Assembly (NCBI GenBank): GCA_035507575.1
Contig: DATJNY010000063.1
Coordinates: 55 to 64,054 of the forward strand
Length of the DNA: 64,000 nucleotides
Direction: 5' to 3'
Source: Thermoplasmata archaeon
GTDB lineage: Archaea > Thermoplasmatota > Thermoplasmata > Lutacidiplasmatales > UBA184
Shown here: positions 36,118-44,368 of the stretch, in pieces
Position numbering within the stretch: position 1 is the stretch's first letter
How the letters are laid out: each line of letters begins with the position of its first letter
Translations under genes and position numbers: made by a program
Notes under the pieces: model-generated
Seen by the model: the letters and a program-made list of their open reading frames with translations, nothing else
What the model was told of the DNA's origin: nothing
The model's database searches: none

Positions 36118-36628
36118 GCGGCCGGAGGGCGGACCGCGCCTCGGAGACACGCCGAGCGCGATCACCCGGCGGGCCCTCGAAAGCGCCCTCGCGAGCGCCC
36201 ACTCGGCCTATCCGAACGAGTTCGGCGGCGTGCTGCGGGCCGAGCCGCCGGGCGTGATCAGCGAGCTGCTCTTGCTTCCGGGAACGACCGCGGGCCGGCG
36301 GCACGCCAACTTCCAGCTCTGGATGCTGCACGCGGATCTCTCCGTCGCGGGCACGGTGCACTCCCACCCTTCGGGAGCGCTCCACCCGTCCGACGCGGAC
36401 CTTCGGCTGTTCCGCAGCTGGGGCCGCCGCCACCTCATCCTCGGCGCCCCGTTCGGGCCCGGGGCGTGGCGGGCCTACGACGGGAACGGCCGGGAGACCC
36501 ATCTGGACGTGATCGAGAACGCCGGCGCCGCGCGCGTCGGCGCGCCGGGTCGGTACCACCGGCCCGCGCCGCTGCCCTCGGAGTCGACGCCGCCGGCCCC
36601 CGATGAATTTCCCGAGGACGAGGCGTAG
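36092..36628 (+). CDS. JAMM/MPN+ metalloprotease domain protein
   Basis: 'E..GVL' plus the JAMM motif 'HSHPSGALHPSDADL' (HxHx7Sx2D). TTG start overlaps the nadK end by 26 nt, so the start is uncertain. Confidence 0.75.
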   Translation: MPIFRPHRRRPEGGPRLGDTPSAITRRALESALASAHSAYPNEFGGVLRAEPPGVISELLLLPGTTAGRRHANFQLWMLHADLSVAGTVHSHPSGALHPSDADLRLFRSWGRRHLILGAPFGPGAWRAYDGNGRETHLDVIENAGAARVGAPGRYHRPAPLPSESTPPAPDEFPEDEA

Positions 36629-36632
36629 CCCG

Positions 36633-38225
36633 CTATTCGCGCACGGGGATCGTCGGCAACGGCAGCCGGTCGGGGTACCGGTTCGGGTCGACGATGTCGC
36701 GACCGCGGCGCTGGGACGGGTTGTACAGTCCGTGCATCCGCGCGAGCCCCTGCAGGAATCCGATGAAGCCGCGGAACGTCGAGCGGTAGAGCCGGGTGTG
36801 GTTCCCTTCCCAGTCGAAGAAGTCGTTGAGCAGGGTCGGGGCCTGGCGCAGCCCGTGCGTCAGGGCCCGCTTCAAGAGCTCCTCCTGGAGCGGGGAGAGC
36901 CGGTCCCGGCGGAACCAGTCGCGGCTCTTCAGGTGCCCCAGGGGGACGAAGAACATCGGTACGAGGATCGCCTTGAAGTCCCACAGGTCGTCGATCAGGT
37001 CGATCGTCTTCGCGACGTCGTCCTCGGTCTCCTGCGGCAATCCGACGATGAACGTGCAGGCCGGATAGACCTTGTTGTCGTTCATCAGGCCCGCCGCCTG
37101 GACCACGAGCTCGGGCCACTGCGACGCCTTGAACGGCGCGACCTTGCCGGGCATCGCCGCGGTGATCATCCGCGGGGAACCGGTCTCCACGCCGACCTCG
37201 ACGCCCCACCACTTCTGCTTCTCGTCGAGGAGAACCTCGCCGCACTTCTGCAGGAGCTTCGGCTTGGTCATCAACGAGGCGATCGCGACGTGGCTCCAGC
37301 CGACCTGCTCGTAGTACTTCTTCGCGAGCCGGAGGAGCGGGATCAGCTTCTCCTCGTGGGGCATGACGTTCGGGCTGCCGTAGAAGTAGACGTCGTCCGA
37401 GTGTAGGAGTCCCTTCCGGACCCCGATCTTCGCGTTGACCTTGAGCTCCTCCTCGATCTTGTCGAGGGGATACCAGCGCGTGGGCCGGGTCGTGACCGAG
37501 CAGAACGAGCAGCCGCGGCAGCAGCCGCGCCCGATCTCGATGAGACCGTTGACGCTCGGGAACCGGATGGAAGAGATCTGGTCGACCCGCGGCGCGTCCT
37601 TCGGGGTCATGACGACGTGCGGGGGAAGGAACTCGTCGCGCAGGGCCTTCGCGACGATCTCGCGGACGAACAGGTCCGCTTCCCCCTCCACGACGGTGTC
37701 GATCCCGCCGATCGAGTCGAGGAACTCCTGGATGAACGGGAGTTTCATGCGGGTCGCGGGCGACAGCTGCCAGGCGCACGGCCCCCCCGCGATGATCTTC
37801 AACCCCTGCTTGCGCGCCTCGACCACCGCCGGTTGGCTCAGCATCCGCTTGAAATTCACCGAGTTGAGCGGTTCCTTCTTCATCACGCCGCCGAACGTCG
37901 AGCTCGGCGGATTGAGGCCGAAGTAGTCGTGGCCCGACACGAGGAGTACCTTCGCCTGGCCGGGCATGTACTTCGAGAGGTGGCTCGGGTGGACGATCCG
38001 GGCGTCGAATCCAGCGTCCATGAGGGACGCCTCGATCTTCCGCATCCCGTACGGCGCCATCCGGGGGTAGCCGTTCTCGTCGCACGGCATCTTCGGGTAG
38101 AACATCGCCTGGTAGGCGGCCTCGGGCAGGATGTACGCGGGAGTGGTGGTGCCGAACCCCAGGAACTCCTTCCCGTGGTGGTGGCTCATCATGGTCCAGT
38201 CGCAGGTGATCACGACTTCGGGCAT
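36633..38225 (-). CDS. B12-binding-domain radical SAM protein
   Basis: N-terminal Rossmann-like B12 region. 'IEIGRGCCRGCSFCS' gives a CX3CX2C cluster. 530 aa. Confidence 0.85.
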   Translation of the reverse strand: MPEVVITCDWTMMSHHHGKEFLGFGTTTPAYILPEAAYQAMFYPKMPCDENGYPRMAPYGMRKIEASLMDAGFDARIVHPSHLSKYMPGQAKVLLVSGHDYFGLNPPSSTFGGVMKKEPLNSVNFKRMLSQPAVVEARKQGLKIIAGGPCAWQLSPATRMKLPFIQEFLDSIGGIDTVVEGEADLFVREIVAKALRDEFLPPHVVMTPKDAPRVDQISSIRFPSVNGLIEIGRGCCRGCSFCSVTTRPTRWYPLDKIEEELKVNAKIGVRKGLLHSDDVYFYGSPNVMPHEEKLIPLLRLAKKYYEQVGWSHVAIASLMTKPKLLQKCGEVLLDEKQKWWGVEVGVETGSPRMITAAMPGKVAPFKASQWPELVVQAAGLMNDNKVYPACTFIVGLPQETEDDVAKTIDLIDDLWDFKAILVPMFFVPLGHLKSRDWFRRDRLSPLQEELLKRALTHGLRQAPTLLNDFFDWEGNHTRLYRSTFRGFIGFLQGLARMHGLYNPSQRRGRDIVDPNRYPDRLPLPTIPVRE

Positions 38226-38336
38226 GGAGCGTCCCTGTAGTTGGTGCCTCGAGGGCTAGGGTCGAGCACGAGGCCCCCCTTCTTATCGGTTGCGATTCGC
38301 GAGTCGCGACAACCCTCGGCGGGAGTGGCGTCCGGG

Positions 38337-38597
38337 TTACTCGAAGTCGGCTTCGTCGTCGTCGCGGGGGAGGACGCCATCCAGGGAGTCGCTCCCGTCG
38401 TCGCTGGGTTCCGCCCCCTCGCTCGACTCCCGGAACGCCGGGTCGCGCTGGAGGAGGTGGATCCGGACGCAGTCCCGATGCGCGGGGCTCCCGTTCCACG
38501 AACTCGTCTCCTCGGGCAGTCCGAGCGGTTCCTTGCAGAGCGTGCAGATCTCGGGGGGCGGGCTGATCCACGAGATCCGGCGGCCGGGGGAGTCCAT
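38337..38597 (-). CDS. Hypothetical small protein, CxxC...HxxC motif plus acidic tail
   Basis: 86 aa. Strongly G/C-biased third positions. 'ICTLCKEP...AHRDCV', then a 'SDDGSDSLDG..DDDEADFE' tail. Lies 111 nt upstream of the radical SAM gene on the same strand. Confidence 0.5.
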   Translation of the reverse strand: MDSPGRRISWISPPPEICTLCKEPLGLPEETSSWNGSPAHRDCVRIHLLQRDPAFRESSEGAEPSDDGSDSLDGVLPRDDDEADFE

Positions 38598-38705
38598 GGT
38601 CGACCGGGAAGAGGCGGGACGTCTCCTTTACCTTTCGGTCGTGCCGGCCCGGGCGTTCGCTCCCGAAGCGCCATAACCCGCGGGGGCGGTCGGGGGGGTG
38701 GGACG

Positions 38706-39284
38706 ATGGACACGTTCGCCGAGATCCGCAAGCGGCGGATCGCGCTCGGGATCTCGCTCGGGGAGCTGGCCCGGGCGGTGGGACGCAGCGACGCGACGTT
38801 GTCGCGCATCGAACGAGGTCGCATCCGGCCCTCCTACGACCTCGTCCAGCGGATCCTTTCCTACCTCGAAGACCGAGAGGGCCGCGCCGCCCCCCAGATG
38901 ACCGTCTCCGACGTCATGAACCGTCAACTGGTGACCATCGAGTCGTCCGCGACGCTCGTCACGGCCGCGCAGCGAATGGAAGGCGGGGCGTTCTCGCAGC
39001 TTCCGGTCGTCGACGCCGGCCGGGTCGTCGGGGCGCTGTCCGAGACGGCGCTCTTGCGAGCCCTGGGGGACCCGGCGACGCGGCGGACTCGGGTGCGGGA
39101 CGTGCTCGAACCCGCGTATCCGGTGGTCGACGCGGGCTTTCCGGCGGATCTCCTGCCCGCGCTCCTCGGTCGATATCCGGCCGTGTTGGTCGCGACGCGC
39201 GGAGAGCTCAACGGCATCGTGACGAAGGCCGATCTGATCCGCGGCCTGCGCGGGACCCCGCTTCGCCGTCCGCCGACCCCCTAG
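38706..39284 (+). CDS. Transcriptional regulator, XRE-type HTH plus CBS pair
   Basis: 'IRKRRIALGISLGELARAVGRSDATLSRIERG' HTH, then CBS-like 'VSDVMNRQLVTIES...LPVVDAGRVVGALSE' and 'LNGIVTKADLI'. Start trimmed to the ATG at 38706. Confidence 0.8.
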   Translation: MDTFAEIRKRRIALGISLGELARAVGRSDATLSRIERGRIRPSYDLVQRILSYLEDREGRAAPQMTVSDVMNRQLVTIESSATLVTAAQRMEGGAFSQLPVVDAGRVVGALSETALLRALGDPATRRTRVRDVLEPAYPVVDAGFPADLLPALLGRYPAVLVATRGELNGIVTKADLIRGLRGTPLRRPPTP

Positions 39285-40237
39285 CGGGGAAGGCGATTCG
39301 CCGTTCGGACCGCCCCGAGCAGGGCGAGGACCGCCAGTCGGGAGGCTTCCAGCCCGAGTCGGTCGGCCGACTCGCCCGGACGCGAGTCCGCGCGCGGCCG
39401 CAGCCGTTCGGTTGATGCGGCGAAGAGGACGTCGCCGTCCGTCGAACTGTGGAACGGTCGGATCGCCGCGGAAAGCCCGGCGTGAACGATCGCCGCCAAC
39501 CGGGCGAGGTTCGGCCGGTCGAGCGTAGCTTCCGTGACGACGATCGCGAGGGTGGTCCCTCGCGAACCGCTCCGGCCGACGGTCGCCGCCCCCGGTGGAA
39601 CGAGCCGGCCCCCGCGTCCTCGAGCGGCGGCGACCCAGTGGCCCGTCGCGGGATCCCGGACCGCGCCGACCGCGTTGACCGCGACGAGCACGCCGAGCGC
39701 GCCGAATCCCGGGAGCCGCACCCCCGCGCTCCCTGTCCCGCCCCGCATCGCGTGAGCCCGGCCGAGGTACTTGCCCACGGTCGCCCCCGCACCGGCGCCG
39801 ACGCGACCGGTCCGCACCGGTGCGCGGCTCGCGACGCGGGCCGCTTCGTACCCGAGGGGTAGGTAATCCGGCAAGCCGCCCCGGGTCATCGGAAGGTCGA
39901 AAAGGGCGGCTCCGGTGATCGGAACGACGGGGTTCGGGTTCTCGAACGCTCGGTGGCCGCCCCCCATCTCGAGGATCCGCGTCCGCACGCCGCGTGCGGC
40001 GTCGAGCCCGTAGAGACTCCCGCCCGAAAGGAAGATCGCCCATCGGCGCCCGAAGGTCGCGTCGAGCGAGAGGGAGGCCGTGTCGTACGTGGCGGATGCG
40101 CCCCCTCGCACGTCGACAACGGTCGGCGCCGGCGTGTCGAACAGCACTGCGGTGACGCCGCTCGATCCGTCCGGCGTCTCGGCCTGTCCGACCCGCACCC
40201 CCCGGACCACGGTCAGGGTTCGATTGGCGATCGGCAT
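39281..40237 (-). CDS. P1/S58 family peptidase (DmpA-like L-aminopeptidase/D-esterase)
   Basis: 'GVRVGQAE...GVTAVLF', 'RGGASATYDT' and 'GAGAGATVGK' around the predicted autoprocessing/nucleophile region. 318 aa. Confidence 0.8.
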   Translation of the reverse strand: MPIANRTLTVVRGVRVGQAETPDGSSGVTAVLFDTPAPTVVDVRGGASATYDTASLSLDATFGRRWAIFLSGGSLYGLDAARGVRTRILEMGGGHRAFENPNPVVPITGAALFDLPMTRGGLPDYLPLGYEAARVASRAPVRTGRVGAGAGATVGKYLGRAHAMRGGTGSAGVRLPGFGALGVLVAVNAVGAVRDPATGHWVAAARGRGGRLVPPGAATVGRSGSRGTTLAIVVTEATLDRPNLARLAAIVHAGLSAAIRPFHSSTDGDVLFAASTERLRPRADSRPGESADRLGLEASRLAVLALLGAVRTANRLPR

Positions 40238-40291
40238 CGAAGGGGACAGGCGACCCGTGCGAAAAGCCGTGGCGGTGGGGCCGGGGCGGAT

Positions 40292-40297
40292 GATAAA
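40292..40297 (-). promoter_or_regulatory. TTTATC box facing the DmpA-like gene
   Basis: Reverse complement of GATAAA, about 60 nt upstream of the ATG at 40237. Confidence 0.35.
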
Positions 40298-40304
40298 CTG
40301 CGAG

Positions 40305-40311
40305 CTTTATC
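40305..40311 (+). promoter_or_regulatory. CTTTATC box facing the HExxH gene
   Basis: About 34 nt upstream of the ATG at 40340, implying a leaderless or very short leader. Confidence 0.4.
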
Positions 40312-40339
40312 TTGCGTCGCTGCTCCCTTTCTCCGTAGG

Positions 40340-40918
40340 ATGCCGGTCCACAAGGTGCAGCCGAAGGAGCCCGGGGATCCGCCCGGTTTCCGCGTCGCCC
40401 GGGAGATGCCGCCGGGCCGCCACCCGCTCCTGGCAGTGTTCCCCGACCTCGATCGCCTTCCTCCCGCGAAGCGGATGGAGCCGGATCCGGCCAAACGAGC
40501 GAAGCTGTTCGACGAGACGTGCGTCGAGCTCGTGGACGCGGACATGTGGATGTACGTGGCCCCCCACGAAGTTCCCCCGACCGCACGCGGGCGGTGGAAA
40601 CCGGTCGTCGCACCGAACTCCGACTGCATCGTCGTCGGCCTCGCCCACTTGCGCGAGAGCCCGGCCCTCATGCTGTTCATGGACATCTATCACGAACTCT
40701 GCCACGTCCAGCAGCGGGCCGGCGGGGCCGACCTCTGGCCGCCAGGGGTGAGCTACGTCAAGCGCTGGACCGAAGTGGAAGCGTACCGGTTCGTGGTCGA
40801 GGAGGCCCGGTCGCTCGGGGTGCCGAACGAGTTCCTCCGCGACTATCTGAAGGTCGAGTGGATCTCGAAAGCCGAGCATCGAGAGCTGCTCGACGAACTC
40901 CAGGTCCCTGCGAAATAG
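40340..40918 (+). CDS. Hypothetical protein with HExxH zinc-metallopeptidase motif
   Basis: 'FMDIYHELCHVQQ' (nt 40691-40705), followed by 'WTEVEAYRF'. A CTTTATC box lies about 34 nt upstream of the ATG. No family recognised. Confidence 0.6.
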   Translation: MPVHKVQPKEPGDPPGFRVAREMPPGRHPLLAVFPDLDRLPPAKRMEPDPAKRAKLFDETCVELVDADMWMYVAPHEVPPTARGRWKPVVAPNSDCIVVGLAHLRESPALMLFMDIYHELCHVQQRAGGADLWPPGVSYVKRWTEVEAYRFVVEEARSLGVPNEFLRDYLKVEWISKAEHRELLDELQVPAK

Positions 40919-40976
40919 GCGTCTCCGCCCTCGGCCGGTCCGCTCCCGGCGTCCGGCGGTTCCACAAGAACGCCGG

Positions 40977-40983
40977 CTTTATC
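40977..40983 (+). promoter_or_regulatory. CTTTATC box upstream of the MFS gene
   Basis: About 55 nt upstream of the ATG at 41034. Confidence 0.4.
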
Positions 40984-41033
40984 CTCCGCCCCCCGGAATC
41001 TGACGGCCACCCCGGGGTGGCGCGCGCTCGAGT

Positions 41034-42440
41034 ATGGACATCAAGGCGCACGCCAAGATCCGGCCATCGACCAACGATCTCTGGTTCCTCGCCTACCTCC
41101 CGCTCGCGATCTCCGACGGGATCGCGGCGCCCCTGATCCCCCTGCTGGCGCTTCAGAAGTTCTCGGCCTCGGCGTTCGCCGTCACCATCATCATCGCGGC
41201 GTCGGCGATGAGCCAAGTGCCGTTCACGATCCTCTGGGGGAACCTCTCCGACCGCGTCGCCCATCGGAAGTTCTTCCTGGTCGGCTCTTTCCTCGCGACC
41301 GGCATCTCGATCATCGCGATTGCCCTGGCCCAGAACATCCTCACGTACTTTTGGCTCAACATCGTCGAGGGCCTCGCTTCGGCCGCGAGCGCGCCGATCG
41401 GGACGATGCTCCTGCTCGAGACCCGCCACAAGCGCTGGTGGCCGACGGACATCGGCCTCTTCGGGCTGATCTCGGGACTCGGCACGACGATCGGGCTCGG
41501 TCTCGGCTTCGTGTGGCTGTTCGTCCTCGGCGTGAACGAAGGCGTGATCCAAGGGATGACCGCCCTGCTGATCCTCTCCGGCGGTCTCGCCCTCCTGTCC
41601 GCCGGTATCGCCTGGGCCTGGATCGAGGAGCCGAACGGACGGATCGACCGTCGGGGCGTCTCGGATCTCCTCCACCTCCATCGGAGCGTGAACGAGCGGG
41701 TCCGCCAGTTGAGGAGCCGCGTGGTCGGCGTGATCGACCTGACCCGCTCGAGCGCCGAGAAGCTCCCCGGCAAGGAGTACCTGTTCCTCGCCGCCCTCGG
41801 CGTCATGAGCGTGGGGTTCGACATCTTCTACGGACCGTTCCCCGTGTTCCTGTGGCAGGACGCCCAGTTCACCGATGCCGGCGTCTTCATCGTCTACCTC
41901 GGCGCCGCCGCCGCTTCGACGGCGCTGTTCTTCCACTCGGGTCGGGCGGTCGACCGACATTCGCCGAAGGGGATCTTCATGGAGTCCCTCGGGGCCCGGG
42001 TGCTCCTGATGCTCCTCTTCCTGTGGGGGCCGCTCTACATCCTCTTCGGCCTCGGCAGCCCGGCACTCCTCGGATGGCTCACGCTCCTGAACGCGCTCCT
42101 GGGCGTCAGCTGGGCGTTCATCAGCACCGCGAGCACGCTCTTCCTGGTCCGGCTCGTCGGCCGCTCGGCCCGCGGTCGGGCCCTCGGGCTCTACAGCGCG
42201 GTCGCCGGAGCGGGGAGCCTCATCGGCACGCTCGTGGGGGGGTACATGTACGCGACCTACGGCGTCGATCTGACGTACACGATCGCCGCCGGCGTTGTGG
42301 TCGTCGGAGGACTGCTCCTCGCCCCGATCCCGTACCACATCTTCCAGGTCGCCCATCCGAGCGGCCATCGGCACCCCCTGGCGCGGAGCACGCGGGCGAC
42401 CGTTCCCCACCCCCCGCGAGCGATCCGCCCCCCGCCGTGA
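41034..42440 (+). CDS. MFS transporter
   Basis: About 12 hydrophobic segments. 'WGNLSDRVAHRKF' loop motif. 468 aa. Confidence 0.75.
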   Translation: MDIKAHAKIRPSTNDLWFLAYLPLAISDGIAAPLIPLLALQKFSASAFAVTIIIAASAMSQVPFTILWGNLSDRVAHRKFFLVGSFLATGISIIAIALAQNILTYFWLNIVEGLASAASAPIGTMLLLETRHKRWWPTDIGLFGLISGLGTTIGLGLGFVWLFVLGVNEGVIQGMTALLILSGGLALLSAGIAWAWIEEPNGRIDRRGVSDLLHLHRSVNERVRQLRSRVVGVIDLTRSSAEKLPGKEYLFLAALGVMSVGFDIFYGPFPVFLWQDAQFTDAGVFIVYLGAAAASTALFFHSGRAVDRHSPKGIFMESLGARVLLMLLFLWGPLYILFGLGSPALLGWLTLLNALLGVSWAFISTASTLFLVRLVGRSARGRALGLYSAVAGAGSLIGTLVGGYMYATYGVDLTYTIAAGVVVVGGLLLAPIPYHIFQVAHPSGHRHPLARSTRATVPHPPRAIRPPP

Positions 42441-42444
42441 CCGT

Positions 42445-42924
42445 TCAGGCGAAGATCATCTCCCAGGCCAGGGTCCGGATGACGTAGCCGAGCGCGAGGT
42501 TGGCGAGGAACGGCTCGAGCTCGGGCGGGTAGTCGTTGATCGTGCAGGACCGGAAACCGAGCTGCCCGACGCCGACCGGCTCGGTGCCGCGGAGGATCGC
42601 GAAGCGGCCCGTCAGCCGCTCGTTGATGACGTACTTCACGCCGTTGTAGTCGATCGTCATCGGCCCGAAGGCGGTGGACGTCGTCCGCCACGACTGATCG
42701 CCCACGTGGATGCGGATCTCGTCGTTCTTCCGGTGGTACGTGACCGTGGAATGGACCACGTCCCGGAGCGGGGGGACGAACGTGTGGTAGTCTTGGGAGA
42801 ACAGGGCGGCGATCCGGCTCCCCAGCCCCTCCTGGCTCGCCTGGACGGGCCGGCACTCCCAGAGCGTCTCACCGACCCGGATCTCGATGACGTTCTTCAG
42901 CACGCGGGCCGTCGCCTGGATCAT
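42445..42924 (-). CDS. Hypothetical protein (beta-rich, no recognised domain)
   Basis: High-GC3 ORF with a normal amino-acid composition. Start set to the ATG at 42924 (MIQATAR) because the TATTAAT box lies about 35-40 nt upstream. The GTG at 42948 is an alternative. Confidence 0.55.
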   Translation of the reverse strand: MIQATARVLKNVIEIRVGETLWECRPVQASQEGLGSRIAALFSQDYHTFVPPLRDVVHSTVTYHRKNDEIRIHVGDQSWRTTSTAFGPMTIDYNGVKYVINERLTGRFAILRGTEPVGVGQLGFRSCTINDYPPELEPFLANLALGYVIRTLAWEMIFA

Positions 42925-42957
42925 CGGCGGTGCTCCGAGGCGGACCACCCCCCCTTC

Positions 42958-42964
42958 TATTAAT
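42958..42964. promoter_or_regulatory. TATTAAT box in the spacer between the hypothetical gene and truD
   Basis: The only A/T island between the divergent genes. Confidence 0.35.
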
Positions 42965-42965
42965 C

Positions 42966-44324
42966 ATGCCTCGAGTGAGCGCGGACGTGCCGATCGACCG
43001 GTGGCAGCCCCCGGCGGCCGACCGCACGCTCGGCCTCGAGTTCTACGCGAGCGCGACGCCCGGGGTCGCCGGCCAGTTGAAGACCTCCCCCGAGGAGTTT
43101 CGCGTCCAGGAAGTATCGAGCTATCCGCTCCCTGACCCCGACGGGGCGTTCGTGGTCCTGCGCGTGGAGAGCCGGGATTGGGAGCAGCACGAGCTCGCCG
43201 CGGCGATCGGCCGGACGCTCGGTCTCCCGCCGCACGCGCTCCAGTGGTCCGGCACGAAGGATCGGAGGGCGATCGCCGAGCGGCTGTTCTCCTATCGAGG
43301 CCCGCTCCCGCCCGCCACCCTCCCGCTGCGCGACGTGCGGCTCGTGGAAGCGTATCGGGCCCGCGACGGTCTGGTGCTCGGGCACCACTACGGGAACGTC
43401 TTCGACCTCACCGTCGGCGAGCTCGACCGACCCGTCGGCGACGCGCTGGCCGGGTTTCAAGCGGTCGACGCCGATCTCCGACAGGGATCCGGGATCCCGA
43501 ATTTCTTCGGGCCGCAGCGGTTCGGGGAGGTCCGTCCGATCACCCACGAGGTCGGCCGCTGGCTCGTTCGTGGGGACCTCGCGCGCGCGGTCGACGTCTA
43601 CCTGGCGGACCGCCCCGCGGAGGGGACTCCCGGCAGCGGGGACCTCGCTCGACGGGCGTACGCGGAGCACCATGATCCCGAGCGGGCGCTCCGGGAGTTC
43701 CCGCGGGAGTACCGGTTCGAGCGGACGTTGCTCGAGCACCTGGCCCGGGGCCATCCTCCGGAGCGGGCCTTCCGGGCCCTCTCCCGCGATCTGCGGACGT
43801 TGTTCGTCCACGCGTACCAATCGTGGCTGTTCAATCGATGGGTGAGCGCCCGGCATCGCGAAGGGGCGCCGGGGAACTCCCCCGAGCCGGGGGACCGGAT
43901 CGTGCGGCTCGCGCGGGATGGCACGGTCCGGGGGCCAGAGTCCGTGCCGGTCGGTCCCGACAATCTCCCGGAATGCCGCGAGCTCGTCGAGCGGGGTCGC
44001 GCCATGGTCGCGGGGCCGCTCGTCGGCTACGACACCCCCCCGTCCGAAGGTGGTCCGGGGGCCACCCTCGACCGACTCCTCGAGGCCGAAGCGGTCGATC
44101 GGGCGATGTTCCGCATCCCGGCGCATCCCGAGATCGCGAGCCGGGGCGCGTGGAGGCCCATCCTGCTGCCGACCCCCCCGATCGCGCTCGCGGCGGAATC
44201 GGAACGCGTTCGGTTCCGCTTCGCCCTTCCGAAGGGCGCGTATGCGACGGTCGTTTTGAGAGAATTTCTCAAGTCCGGCGCGACCTCCGTCGCGGACGAA
44301 GGCACCTCGAAACGAGGCTTCTAA
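42966..44324 (+). CDS. truD: tRNA pseudouridine synthase TruD/Pus7 family
   Basis: 'LGLEFYASATPGVAGQLKTSPEEFRVQE', catalytic 'SGTKDRRAIAERL', 'NFFGPQRFG' and 'AYQSWLFN'. The start may instead be the GTG at 42984. Confidence 0.85.
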   Translation: MPRVSADVPIDRWQPPAADRTLGLEFYASATPGVAGQLKTSPEEFRVQEVSSYPLPDPDGAFVVLRVESRDWEQHELAAAIGRTLGLPPHALQWSGTKDRRAIAERLFSYRGPLPPATLPLRDVRLVEAYRARDGLVLGHHYGNVFDLTVGELDRPVGDALAGFQAVDADLRQGSGIPNFFGPQRFGEVRPITHEVGRWLVRGDLARAVDVYLADRPAEGTPGSGDLARRAYAEHHDPERALREFPREYRFERTLLEHLARGHPPERAFRALSRDLRTLFVHAYQSWLFNRWVSARHREGAPGNSPEPGDRIVRLARDGTVRGPESVPVGPDNLPECRELVERGRAMVAGPLVGYDTPPSEGGPGATLDRLLEAEAVDRAMFRIPAHPEIASRGAWRPILLPTPPIALAAESERVRFRFALPKGAYATVVLREFLKSGATSVADEGTSKRGF

Positions 44325-44368
44325 TACCTCGCCACGGGCTCGAACCCCCGGGTGCGAGTTCCGCGATC

